NCBI GenBank assembly: GCA_963811105.1 | Contig: CAWEPZ010000002.1 | Coordinates: 256,001 to 320,000 of the forward strand | Origin: Candidatus Bathyarchaeota archaeon | Lineage (GTDB): Archaea; Thermoproteota; Bathyarchaeia; Bathyarchaeales; Bathycorpusculaceae | Direction of reading: 5' to 3' | DNA length: 64,000 bases | Shown here: positions 1 through 9,219 of the stretch, piece after piece | Numbering within the stretch: position 1 is the stretch's first letter | Layout: each line of letters starts with the position of its first letter | Notes under the pieces: model-generated | What the model saw: the letters and a program-made list of their open reading frames with translations, nothing else | Database searches by the model: none | What the model was told of the DNA's origin: nothing | Translations under genes and position numbers: made by a program

Positions 1-1
1 G

Positions 2-1045
2 ACTGTAGCCAGTCCAATTAGCCGTTTTATCGATGCTGAAAATTGCGGGAGCAGCTGATTCATTAAACGTTCGATTTTCGACTGATATAGTTGTTATTCT
101 TGGCGGAGTAGTGGCAATTGTGTAAAAATCGATAAAAGGCTCTAATAGAGGATAGCGGTCCATGTTCTTTCCATCTATAACATAAGAGACGTTACCTAAC
201 CCTGAGACATCTATCATTTGGGCATGTGGATATTTTGTCAAGTAATCGCTCCAGTAGTTTCCCCCATCAGGAAAGCCATCATCCCAAACGTTGCTTGCCC
301 GTGGCAACTCGCCTGAGGCATAGATAGTTATGCCGTCGTAAGCCTGCACAGCATTATCGACGAAATCGTTATGGTAGATTGTGTTGTTGGAGGCTTCCCA
401 AATAGATATGCCTGTTCCGCCGCCGATTGCAGAGTTTGAGTTTTTTGCGATGTAATTTTTGGTTATCAAGTTGTTTATGGTTTCAAAGCAGATAATTCCA
501 TTATAGTTATTTGCAATGTGGTTTGCAGTGATGGTGTTTGAGCCTCCGCCTTCAACCATTATGGCAGCGGTCTGCTGGTCAAGGGAGAGAATTCCATTCC
601 CTGTTTCGGATATTGAGTTATTTGTTACGATAACATTTGAAGCTTGCCAAAGTGAAATTCCCATTACGCTGCCTGTTATCTTGAAGTTTTTAACAGTAAC
701 GTTTGAAATATATGAAATTCCTGCAGTTGGCGCAGTTGGAAGGGAGCCTATTGTTAGACCGCCGATGCCAATCTCATCGCCTCCGCCTATTATGGAGTGA
801 CCATTTCCATCTAGAATTATGTCACTTCTTTCAATTGTAACGCTTCCACGTATGTCCCCAGTCAGAGTGTAGGTGTTGCCAATCCATTGGATAGGTACTG
901 TTGCTGGAGTTATGGTGCCATCACTGTTAATGGTATAGCTGCTATAACCGTTGTACTGGCTTTTGACTGGTTGAAGATAAATTGAGCCTATAACAATCAT
1001 CGACAGAAGAATTAAGGTAAAAATGCTGTTTCTTCTTTTTGCCAT
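2..1045 (-). CDS. Secreted NosD-like right-handed beta-helix protein (3' end runs off the window)
   Basis: Absent from the ORF track. Manual translation from ATG at 1045: MAKRRNSIFTLILLSMIVIGSIYLQPVKS (signal peptide), then TLTGDIRGSVTIERSDIILDGNGH, NNTIYHNDF, GNYWSDY, DRYPL; open to the window edge. Confidence 0.85.
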   Translation of the reverse strand, partial: MAKRRNSIFTLILLSMIVIGSIYLQPVKSQYNGYSSYTINSDGTITPATVPIQWIGNTYTLTGDIRGSVTIERSDIILDGNGHSIIGGGDEIGIGGLTIGSLPTAPTAGISYISNVTVKNFKITGSVMGISLWQASNVIVTNNSISETGNGILSLDQQTAAIMVEGGGSNTITANHIANNYNGIICFETINNLITKNYIAKNSNSAIGGGTGISIWEASNNTIYHNDFVDNAVQAYDGITIYASGELPRASNVWDDGFPDGGNYWSDYLTKYPHAQMIDVSGLGNVSYVIDGKNMDRYPLLEPFIDFYTIATTPPRITTISVENRTFNESAAPAIFSIDKTANWTGYS

Positions 1046-1089
1046 GACACAACATTCAAGTTATTTGCAATAAAAGACTTCTCGTAAAG

Positions 1090-1125
1090 GTTTCTTGACT
1101 AATTTTAGTCAAAGTTTCTTGACTA
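1090..1125. promoter_or_regulatory. Operator-like element: inverted repeat TTGACTAA-tt-TTAGTCAA plus direct repeat GTTTCTTGACTA
   Basis: Perfect 8-bp inverted repeat at 1095-1112; 12-bp direct repeat at 1090-1101 and 1114-1125; lies between divergent genes. Confidence 0.55.
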
Positions 1126-1228
1126 GGCTGCTTTTGTTTGCGTTTCTTGAAGTACACCAGTAATTCTTTAAGGGCGAGATAGGAAAGTTTGTGATAGCAT
1201 ATATTGTCCAATTTAAGAGTAGAGCAAG

Positions 1229-1903
1229 TTGAAAGACCCAGATAAAATTCAAATACGCGCCGACCTTCACATTCACACAACGTTTTCTAAAGATTCATTG
1301 ATAACGCCGAAAGACCTTGTCTACTATGCCAAAAAACGTGGGTTAAACGCTGTAGCCGTCACAGACCATAATTATTTGGAAGGCGCTTACAAAATCGCTA
1401 AAGAAACCGACTTCCTAATAATTCCAGGCATGGAAGTATCTAGCGCTGACGGGCACATCGTTGCTCTAAACGTGAAGGAGCTTATTCCGCGGGGTTTAAG
1501 TGCACCTGAAACTGTTGAGCGGATTCATAATGCAGGCGGCGTTGCAATTGCATGTCACCCCTTCGTGTACTTTAAAGGCTGCTTAAAAGAAAACGTCTGC
1601 TCAACATTTGACGCTATAGAAGTCATAAACGCGCGAGCTTTCCCATTTAAACGTAGCATAAGAAAAGCAGAGGAAACTGCTGAAAGACTGGGGCTGTCGC
1701 GGGTGGCGGGAACTGACTCACATTATGGTCCCCAAATTGGTTGTGCTTACACAGTTATTGAGGCTGATGAACCAAGCGTTGAGGCTGTCGCCAGAGCCAT
1801 AGTGGAGGGCAAATGCCAGCCTTTCGGTAAAGCCGTCCCCATTACCCAAAACATTGCATTAGAATATCATAGAATCTTAAGGATGCTTAAAAAAACGAGT
1901 TGA
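1229..1903 (+). CDS. PHP-domain metal-dependent phosphoesterase
   Basis: DLHIHT, AVTDHN, GMEVS, HP and GTDSH PHP metal-binding motifs. Confidence 0.9.
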   Translation: MKDPDKIQIRADLHIHTTFSKDSLITPKDLVYYAKKRGLNAVAVTDHNYLEGAYKIAKETDFLIIPGMEVSSADGHIVALNVKELIPRGLSAPETVERIHNAGGVAIACHPFVYFKGCLKENVCSTFDAIEVINARAFPFKRSIRKAEETAERLGLSRVAGTDSHYGPQIGCAYTVIEADEPSVEAVARAIVEGKCQPFGKAVPITQNIALEYHRILRMLKKTS

Positions 1904-2068
1904 TCGCTAAGCTGCTGTTACGACTCTGCAGCTTTGGAAGCTAAGCTCTGTGCTTTTCCGTAATAGCGTAAACTCTTTTTAGCTGCTCTCTCCATTATTT
2001 CTCTTCCTAATAGGGGTCCCTGAAAAATCACATCAACAACTGAAACCAGCGGTAAACCCAAATCCGAT

Positions 2069-3682
2069 ATGGCAGTCCCGGTGTTCGTGATGAAACATCG
2101 GTATGCACTGGCATTGCTGGTTTTTTTAGCTGTCTACGCTTTTTTCGCGTTGTACAATTTGGGCTTTGCAACGATTCAGTGGGATGAAATGCCCCACTTA
2201 TACGGCGGATTACTATTAACCCGCGGGCAAACATCAGAGTACCTGTCAACTTATGGCTTCTACCCGCCGCTCTTCGACATAGTCACAACAGGTTACTTTC
2301 AAATCTTCGGCGTAAACGCCGTGGCAGGAAGACTGGTATCATTAACTTTTTCTTTATTATCAATTGGCGTTTTGTTTGCGTTCACTAAACGAATTTATGG
2401 TGCTAAAAACGCGTTGATTGCAGGCATCTTACTGGGCACAATGCCTGGGTTCTTTTCGCTTTCAAGGGTAAGCATGCTTGAAACGATGCTTATTTTTTTC
2501 TTTACACTGTTAATGTTCTCATTTTATACTTGGATAAGCAAGAATAGCAATAAAGCTCTAGTTTTTAGTGGATTAGCCTTAGGCATAGGCATCTTGGCAA
2601 AGTATCAGATCGTGGTCGCTGCTATCGCTATGGTCTTTAGTCTTCTGTTCCTTTGTAGAGAAAGGCTAAAGATTAGCTTGCGGAGGCTTCTGCTGATTTT
2701 CGCAATTGTTGCGTTGGTTGTGACACCTTGGTTATTGATGGTTTACCAAACAAGTGGTACAACAAATTTCCAAAGCCTTGCATATGTCATACAGGAAGGT
2801 TCACCTCAACGTCCAGAATACAGCAACCGATTCTTTTTGCCCGTTTTCTACTTGATTGAAATGACCTGGCCCTTCAACAGTGCTCCGACTCATCCGATAG
2901 CTTTGCCGATTATGATTTTAGGATTATGCGGCTTGGCGCTGTTTGCTTACAGAAGAAGAAACCCCGACATCTTCCTGATCACTTGGTTTGCAGTCGTCTA
3001 TGTGTTTTTTACGTTTGTTCCGCATAGAGAATGGCGGTATGTAGACCCGCTTTTCACAATTTTGGCTATCTCAGCGGCAGGTTTCGTCCTTTTTCTCTAC
3101 GGTCAAATCCGCAATTGGAAACCTAAGCAGATTGGTTACGGCGGAGATGGTTTGAAAAAGCTTCTTGCTGCACTTTTCATTTTTCTTATGGTAACAACGG
3201 TTGTTTACAGCAGTTACAACGTTTATGAAATGAATTTCGAGGGCCAATACCACATTCCCATAGACCAAGCCACAAGCTATCTAGTAACCCATTTAAGCCA
3301 AAATCAGTCGGCGGTTGTTGTTTGCGCTTCAAACGTTTTAAACCAAGATATGTTCAGGTTCTATCTGCCAGCAAACATGTCAAAATATCAAGTTTGGCAA
3401 TATCCTGAGCATCCCATTGATGCCTACACTCCAAACTTCAACATAACAGAATTTGTCAACCTGTGCGAGCAACACAACGTTAAATACATAATTCTCTTTG
3501 ACTATGGCATTCATATGCAATTCTTCAATAGCACCCTAGACTACACCCAAGTGGAAACTATGATTTACAATTCTGGCAGGTTTGGAGTCCCAACTGACCA
3601 GCCATTCTTCGGAGACTTCGCAAACAACAAGGGTTACAGAATTTTCCTCGTCCGATTCAACCAAACCCAACTGAGCCTTTAG
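2069..3682 (+). CDS. ArnT/PMT-like (GT39/GT-C) membrane glycosyltransferase
   Basis: WDE motif in first loop, YPPL, GRL, multiple TM helices, AKY and RY motifs. Confidence 0.85.
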   Translation: MAVPVFVMKHRYALALLVFLAVYAFFALYNLGFATIQWDEMPHLYGGLLLTRGQTSEYLSTYGFYPPLFDIVTTGYFQIFGVNAVAGRLVSLTFSLLSIGVLFAFTKRIYGAKNALIAGILLGTMPGFFSLSRVSMLETMLIFFFTLLMFSFYTWISKNSNKALVFSGLALGIGILAKYQIVVAAIAMVFSLLFLCRERLKISLRRLLLIFAIVALVVTPWLLMVYQTSGTTNFQSLAYVIQEGSPQRPEYSNRFFLPVFYLIEMTWPFNSAPTHPIALPIMILGLCGLALFAYRRRNPDIFLITWFAVVYVFFTFVPHREWRYVDPLFTILAISAAGFVLFLYGQIRNWKPKQIGYGGDGLKKLLAALFIFLMVTTVVYSSYNVYEMNFEGQYHIPIDQATSYLVTHLSQNQSAVVVCASNVLNQDMFRFYLPANMSKYQVWQYPEHPIDAYTPNFNITEFVNLCEQHNVKYIILFDYGIHMQFFNSTLDYTQVETMIYNSGRFGVPTDQPFFGDFANNKGYRIFLVRFNQTQLSL

Positions 3683-4122
3683 CACTCTAAGAATTCAAAG
3701 CCCGTGGCCTTATCTTTCTCTCTTTTAGCCGCGGAACCAGCCAACTCCAAAATCACAACTTCACCTATCTGCCAAACCTCAATACCCATGCGTACGCAGC
3801 CTGTAACTGCGTTGTCATTTCTTCCAAAGCTTGCATGCATATGCAGTTTGGGCTTGCCCTGATCATCATGAAAAATTGTTCCTACACCGCAGCCTTCGTG
3901 TACTCCTTTTAGAAGTGTAACCATTGGTTGAGGAGGCATGGCTTTTCCATCTTTGGGTCCAACAACAACTTTGCTTTTGTCTTCTGCACCGCCCAAAAAG
4001 AAACATAGCGCACTCAAAACCAGTTTTTCTGCAGCGAATTTTTCTATTACTTCATGGAGCACTTCTCCTTGATGCAGCCGCAGGATGAAGATTCTTCCAA
4101 GTTTTGCTTCGGTAAACTCCAA
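3679..4122 (-). CDS. PPC/DUF296 domain protein
   Basis: ILRLHQGE, GVGTI and LHMHASFG motifs. Confidence 0.85.
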   Translation of the reverse strand: MEFTEAKLGRIFILRLHQGEVLHEVIEKFAAEKLVLSALCFFLGGAEDKSKVVVGPKDGKAMPPQPMVTLLKGVHEGCGVGTIFHDDQGKPKLHMHASFGRNDNAVTGCVRMGIEVWQIGEVVILELAGSAAKREKDKATGFEFLEC

Positions 4123-4159
4123 AGTTTAGCCTTCCTTTAACGGTTGGAAAGTTTGCGGA

Positions 4160-5560
4160 TTAGGTATTAAAGATTGGCTTCTTATTTTGAGCTATTTTAA
4201 CGTTTTTTGCTTCAATCCATCGATTCATCTGCTTGAAGACTACGGCAAGTTTGCGTCTGCTCATCCAAAGGAGCCCAGACAGCAAAACTGTGAAGCCCAC
4301 ATATTGGAGGTTCATGAGGAGGCTGGTTTGGCTGATTGGCGCGTGATTAAAAAGCGAGTAGCCCACATCTTGGTCAATGTTGGCTTTAAACAGTAAATAA
4401 TCTGATAGGGAGAGTTGATGAGCTGAAGAGACGCTTGTAAGAATAGTGCCAACTAGCAGCAATGTCGCTATAGCACCTGTTGTAAAGATAATTTTTGTGT
4501 TTATCCGTGACTTGAGAAGTGACAAGCTTTTGCTTGCCAACGATGCGGCAATTAGACAGAAGAACGGCAAAGCCAAGTAATCATACTTTATAGCATTGTT
4601 GTAGGGTGCTTTCAGGTTTAAACCAGCCCCCAAATAAACATCTATCAATAAAATCGGCACAATTGCCCCTAAAGCAATCAGGTCAAAAGCAATAATTTTC
4701 GAAAACTGCTTCCTAAACGAAAACAAAACCAACAGCGAGAAAGCTGTTGCAGTTACAAAGAAGATTCCTAAGCCGTAATTCCAAAGGAAAGTTCCAACAA
4801 ATGAGTATGTGGGAACTACTCCTGCATAGTTGAGGTCGCTAAAGTCGCTGTGGCCAAACATGTACAAGACTCCTTTGCCTAGTAAGACTTGGTACCACAA
4901 GAAAGAAAACAACAACGGTGGCAATATGAAAGCAATTAGCTGACTTAACAGGCGTTTGGGGTTTTTGGGTTTGGAATAGATATAAAAAAGCATCAGGGGG
5001 ACAAGGATGAAGGCGGCGAAGTATTTTGTTAATAATGCGGCTGCAAAGAAAGCTCCTGAAACCAAGGAAAGCTTGACGGAATCTTTGCGGATGGCTCGGA
5101 TTCCAGCATATAGGCAGGCCAGGCTGAGGAATAGACATTGAGCGTCTATGAGGAAGCTTCTTGAAAGAACAAGCTCCCACGGGCTTAAAGCAAAAAGTGC
5201 AGCTGCCAATAAACCAGTTGGTTTGCCATACAACTCCTTGCCAAGTTTGTAAACTAAAATGGAGCTTCCAAGCCCTATCAACGTTACCAAGAATGTGCCG
5301 TTTTGGATTGATGGACCAAAGATTTTGAAGAACAATGCTTCAACGTAGAACCCCAAGGGCGGCTGGTTGATTAGGTTACCAACATTATTGACATAAGGCA
5401 TGCCCCATTTGATTACGCCAATTGCAGCCTGATACTCCCAATCTGTGTCTCCGTTTTGAAATGGACCTATCGAAAGTGAAACAAGCGTAATCCCGACTAG
5501 AATTGCGAGAATGGTGTAATTTTCACTTAGAAGTTTCTTAATGTCATCCTTGTCAAACAT
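4160..5560 (-). CDS. ArnT/PMT-like (GT39/GT-C) membrane glycosyltransferase
   Basis: NQPPLG, AAALFALSPW, LLTKY, many TM helices. Confidence 0.85.
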   Translation of the reverse strand: MFDKDDIKKLLSENYTILAILVGITLVSLSIGPFQNGDTDWEYQAAIGVIKWGMPYVNNVGNLINQPPLGFYVEALFFKIFGPSIQNGTFLVTLIGLGSSILVYKLGKELYGKPTGLLAAALFALSPWELVLSRSFLIDAQCLFLSLACLYAGIRAIRKDSVKLSLVSGAFFAAALLTKYFAAFILVPLMLFYIYSKPKNPKRLLSQLIAFILPPLLFSFLWYQVLLGKGVLYMFGHSDFSDLNYAGVVPTYSFVGTFLWNYGLGIFFVTATAFSLLVLFSFRKQFSKIIAFDLIALGAIVPILLIDVYLGAGLNLKAPYNNAIKYDYLALPFFCLIAASLASKSLSLLKSRINTKIIFTTGAIATLLLVGTILTSVSSAHQLSLSDYLLFKANIDQDVGYSLFNHAPISQTSLLMNLQYVGFTVLLSGLLWMSRRKLAVVFKQMNRWIEAKNVKIAQNKKPIFNT

Positions 5561-5739
5561 AGGTACTCAATTTGCCCATTCAGATAATTGGAGTATGATT
5601 ATCTCCAATGGGACTGCCTGTTATCTTTTGGATGTATTAAGTATAAAACTTTCCACTTACGCCCATTATCCGAGAAGGAGATATCTGCTTCAGTTTAAGA
5701 AAACTGAAGAGTATGCAAATGCTTGTTATTTAGCAATTG

Positions 5740-5889
5740 CTAAACACGGTTTAAGTAGAGAATTCGTTTTGCGTCTTCTTTTCTTTTTTGCGTGGACACA
5801 TTTGTTTTGCTGACTTCTGTGGTTATTACTGCGTTTTCGACAGTTGTCTGGCACTCTGAACTATGTCCCGCTTTGTTTTTCTGTGGCAT
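5740..5889 (-). CDS. Small hypothetical protein (49 aa)
   Basis: MPQKNKAGHSSECQTTVENAVITTEVSKTNVSTQKRKEDAKRILYLNRV, with GAGGT RBS-like sequence and a TTTATAA box upstream; below the ORF-track cutoff. Confidence 0.45.
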   Translation of the reverse strand: MPQKNKAGHSSECQTTVENAVITTEVSKTNVSTQKRKEDAKRILYLNRV

Positions 5890-6041
5890 ATTTTCAACCT
5901 CTTGAAGAGTCCAGTCAAGTATTAGAGTACCTTATAAATGTTATCACGCTTGAAACGCAAAATTGCAAACTTATTATATTAGAAAAGTAGTTATTAGCAA
6001 AATTAATTTTGAATATTGATTAATATCAAATCCACTTTCAA

Positions 6042-6671
6042 TTAGTGTCTGAAACGGTCATTTCGCCAAACATCCGCGCCGTCACTGTAACCTCGTCGCT
6101 CCCAAAAGCCCAACTCTTTGGCTCGAGTAAACCGCAAACGTACCAGCCACAACGCACTCTTATAGGCGTACTTACTTGGAACAATAAGGCGCACAGGAAA
6201 ACCCAACCCCTCATCCAGTGGTTTATCATTAAGCTTGTAAGCTAAGAGCACGTCTTCAACAGAGAGTTCCTCGCGGAAAAGCGAAGTGGTATACGAGTCA
6301 GCGCATTCGAAAGTTACGGCTCTAGCAACTTCTTTAGGTTTAACTAGCTTCTCAATCTCTCGGATGTGCACTCCTTCCCACTTGCAATCTAAAACGCTCC
6401 ACCCCTCAACACAGTGAAAATCGCTGGTTGAGACCGTTTTACCCAGCTTCATAAAGCCATTCCAGTTAAGCGTAACTGGGTTTTCAACTTCTCCATCAAC
6501 GGTTAATGTGTATGTTTCAAGTTTGAGCTTTGGATTAGTTGAGGTTATACCCGGATGGTCAGTACCCCAGCTTAAAATATGATCTGTAGCCCGTTGGTTT
6601 GGCGGCAGTTTTTTTTTCGTCGGCTGGTCAATAGACAAAGATTTAACCCAAACATAGAAGTGGGTTTGCAT
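6042..6671 (-). CDS. Molybdopterin-dependent oxidoreductase, sulfite-oxidase/MsrP-YuiH-like (true start may be slightly downstream)
   Basis: LPPNQ, DFHCVEGWS (Moco Cys), GFPVRLIVP, YKSALW, GFWERRGY. Confidence 0.85.
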   Translation of the reverse strand: MQTHFYVWVKSLSIDQPTKKKLPPNQRATDHILSWGTDHPGITSTNPKLKLETYTLTVDGEVENPVTLNWNGFMKLGKTVSTSDFHCVEGWSVLDCKWEGVHIREIEKLVKPKEVARAVTFECADSYTTSLFREELSVEDVLLAYKLNDKPLDEGLGFPVRLIVPSKYAYKSALWLVRLRFTRAKELGFWERRGYSDGADVWRNDRFRH

Positions 6672-6702
6672 AGAAAAAAAGTTTGCTTTTAGATAACTCA
6701 GT

Positions 6703-7806
6703 TTATTGGAAAAAACTTGTTAGTTGTTTTTGCCTTGGTTCTTTCTTGCTGAAACCTGAGACTTTGACGCCGACTCTTCGGACTTCAAGTTGGCTTTCAT
6801 TTAGGAATTTTTCATAGAGTTCTCTCACGTTGTTTTTGATTGTTTCCGTGTCTCTAGCAGGTTGAGCCAGCGTTGTTGACCTGGTTTTGCAGCTTAAATC
6901 GGTCATAACCATGTAAATTGCAACTTGCCTAAAACTCAAGTCTTTCTCCGATAATTCCTTTGATATGTCGGGAATTAGCTCGTCAGTTTTCTGCAGAATA
7001 AACGCTAAATCATGCGTATCCTGTTTTAGCGTGCCAATTCTGCTTATGGATTCTGCTTCGCCTGCTTCTTTAACGGGCTCGTTGTCGACTCCGTTGGAGG
7101 CGTTATGGAAGTAGATGCCCAGGATTTTTCCGAAAATTGCAGTTAGTCTTTGCACGTCAAAGTTGGCGAGGTCGCTGATGGTTTTAATGCCTAATGCTTC
7201 CATTACTACGCTTGTCTTGCGTCCGACACCTAGTAGGCGATTCACAGGCAGCGGCGACAAAAAGCACCCAACTTCGTCTGGGGTGATTATAGTTAATCCG
7301 TCGGGTTTTTGACTGTCGCACGCAATCTTGGCGACAAGCTTGTTAGGACCAACGCCTACAGTGAAGGAAATGCCCACTTCAGCTTTTACTTGGGCTTTAA
7401 TTTTTTGCGCATGCTCCTTTGCTTTTTCAAAGTTGCCTTCAACTTGTTCTGTGACATCCAAGTAAGCCTCGTCTATGCTAACCTGCTCAAAGCTGCTTGC
7501 ATAGCTGCGGAAAATCTGCATTATGCGGTCGCTTATTTGCTCGTAATACTCATGATCAACAGGCAGGAACACTTCTTCTGTGCCTTCTAACTTGTGCTTT
7601 GCCTGGAACAATGGCATACCTGATTTTACGCCGTATTTTCGTGCAACGTAGTTGCTGGTGCTAACCGCACCACTAATCTCTGTGCGCCCCGAGTAAACGC
7701 CGACTACAACTGGCTTATCTTTGATAGTTGGGTTGCGTAGCTCTTCGCATTGGGCAAAGAAATAATCGAAATCTGCCAACATTACAACCCGCTGCTGCAT
7801 TAGCAT
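6703..7806 (-). CDS. dinB: Y-family DNA polymerase IV (Dpo4/DinB)
   Basis: DFDYFFAQ, NYVARKYGVKSGMP, SIDEAY, NKLVAKIA, KPDG, RRVGV. Confidence 0.95.
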   Translation of the reverse strand: MLMQQRVVMLADFDYFFAQCEELRNPTIKDKPVVVGVYSGRTEISGAVSTSNYVARKYGVKSGMPLFQAKHKLEGTEEVFLPVDHEYYEQISDRIMQIFRSYASSFEQVSIDEAYLDVTEQVEGNFEKAKEHAQKIKAQVKAEVGISFTVGVGPNKLVAKIACDSQKPDGLTIITPDEVGCFLSPLPVNRLLGVGRKTSVVMEALGIKTISDLANFDVQRLTAIFGKILGIYFHNASNGVDNEPVKEAGEAESISRIGTLKQDTHDLAFILQKTDELIPDISKELSEKDLSFRQVAIYMVMTDLSCKTRSTTLAQPARDTETIKNNVRELYEKFLNESQLEVRRVGVKVSGFSKKEPRQKQLTSFFQ

Positions 7807-8669
7807 TCGCCTCTTGCTTTAGGCATAAGCCATGACCCGTCACATGAAGCCGTATTAAGTTGCGCTAAGCCTTCTCGGCAAACCCCAAACTTCAACCCCC
7901 TCGCTTCAGCAAGGTCACGTACTCCTTTCAGAAGCTTGTACCTTAGGTCTTTAGGCATAAGTGTGCTACCGCCGACTTTTTCTCCCTGCTGAAAAAAGAG
8001 CGGCTTAAGTTTTTCTGCAACTTGAGGCAAGGCTTGGCTAAGCCGAGCCCAATTGTCTGCTTTAGCTTTGTACGTTGAAGCCGTTACATGTTTAACTCCA
8101 ATGCTTGCTAAATAAGCGATAAGTTTTTGCGGTTGATCGTTTACTGAGGGAATGATTGGGTCTATCCGGACCGAGACAGGGATGCCTGCCTTGACTAAAT
8201 CCTGTGCAGCTCTTAGCCTCTGAGAAGGCGAAGGTGCCAATGGTTCGATAAGCCTTGCAATATTATCGTCGTCAGTTGTAATGGTTAATGCTACAGTTGA
8301 TGGAATTTTGCTCAGTAAGTCGTCGTCTCTGGCTACAAGGTTGCTTTTGGTGATTATTTGGATTTTGCAGTTGCATCCCGAGAATATTTCAAGGCATCGT
8401 CGCGTAAAGCCTTCTGACACTTCGGTACGCGGATATGGGTCAGATGAGTTGGCTATTGAAATTGTTTCACCGTTGAGTTTTGACGCTTCCCGTTTAAGTT
8501 GGGCAAGCAGGTCTTTTTTGGGTCTGCAGTCGGTAAAGTTTGGGATGTAGCTGGATGCGTAACAGTAGATGCATCGGTGGTCGCATCCTGTATACGGGTT
8601 AAATGTCAGCTTCGCTGGGCAAGTGCAAAGGCCAGAACGCCAAGGGTCAAAGCTTGTAATTAGGGGCAC
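7800..8669 (-). CDS. Radical SAM protein, SplB/spore-photoproduct-lyase-like family
   Basis: NPYTGCDHRCIYCYA (CxxxCxxC), SDPYP, ITKS, IEPLAP; its 3' end overlaps the dinB start. Confidence 0.88.
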   Translation of the reverse strand: MPLITSFDPWRSGLCTCPAKLTFNPYTGCDHRCIYCYASSYIPNFTDCRPKKDLLAQLKREASKLNGETISIANSSDPYPRTEVSEGFTRRCLEIFSGCNCKIQIITKSNLVARDDDLLSKIPSTVALTITTDDDNIARLIEPLAPSPSQRLRAAQDLVKAGIPVSVRIDPIIPSVNDQPQKLIAYLASIGVKHVTASTYKAKADNWARLSQALPQVAEKLKPLFFQQGEKVGGSTLMPKDLRYKLLKGVRDLAEARGLKFGVCREGLAQLNTASCDGSWLMPKARGEC

Positions 8670-8681
8670 AATTTCACTAAG

Positions 8682-8702
8682 CTATCTATGTGGGCTAGAT
8701 AG
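8682..8702. promoter_or_regulatory. Palindromic operator candidate CTATCTA-N7-TAGATAG in the radical SAM-dinB promoter
   Basis: Perfect 7-bp inverted repeat between a minus-strand BRE/TATA-like GAAAGTTTTTGT and the start codon at 8669. Confidence 0.5.
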
Positions 8703-8750
8703 ACAAAAACTTTCGCAATTAAAAAAGGGGAATTTGGGGCTTATTTATCC

Positions 8751-9050
8751 AAAAAAGAGGAGAATTTGTGCACCTGCGTTCTGCATTTGCAGAAGAGATA
8801 ACCAGTTACTACTGGTGGGAGTGCAAATAACGCTCGATCAAGCAAATGTCTTGTGCTGAAGCAGGAACGTTCTGTTGCGAGCCCGACTGGAGGATCGGCA
8901 AGTGACGATACCCCATTGCCTGACGGGGATTGAGCGAGATGAACTTGAGGTATCGTCAATCTTAAAACGCTTAACGGTCGATAGTGGCACCTCCAGATAT
9001 CTTTTGGCACTTATGTTACCCGCAATTTCCGCTCTGTATGCACACAAATG
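8751..9050 (-). ncRNA. Candidate structured ncRNA A (~290 nt), unknown family
   Basis: Nested helices: 9038-9044/8767-8773, 9015-9024/8822-8831, 8990-8996/8887-8893, 8946-8958/8903-8915, 8878-8882/8832-8836; hairpins 8801-8816 and 8779-8794. G-U pairs in the long helices favour the minus strand; U6 tract at the 3' end. Confidence 0.6.
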
Positions 9051-9219
9051 CCTGCCCTTTTAGAGTGCAAAAGCGTTTTCGTCAAGAAAAAACTGAATGA
9101 GGTTAGTCAAGGTTTGAGAACGTTTGAAAAGTCTTCTCTTACTCGCATAGAATGCCGTTAACCTTAAAGTACGCTTTGTTTAGAAAGCATTAAATTCCTA
9201 TCCTTTTCACTACTAACAC

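Noticed and set aside
516-800. 94-aa plus-strand ORF and the many other short antisense ORFs in the track
   Set aside because: Shadow ORFs opposite well-supported genes, with no recognisable motifs.
8915-9030. Group I intron or RNase P interpretation of RNA A (AAAUUGCGGG resembles a P element or CR-I)
   Set aside because: No R/S elements in the right order, no interrupted host gene, no CR-V consensus, and the Q-like segment lies inside a competing 13-bp hairpin.
8741-9063. Short ORFs at 8741-9010, 8838-9047 and 8875-9063
   Set aside because: No protein motifs; the region is better explained by nested RNA structure.
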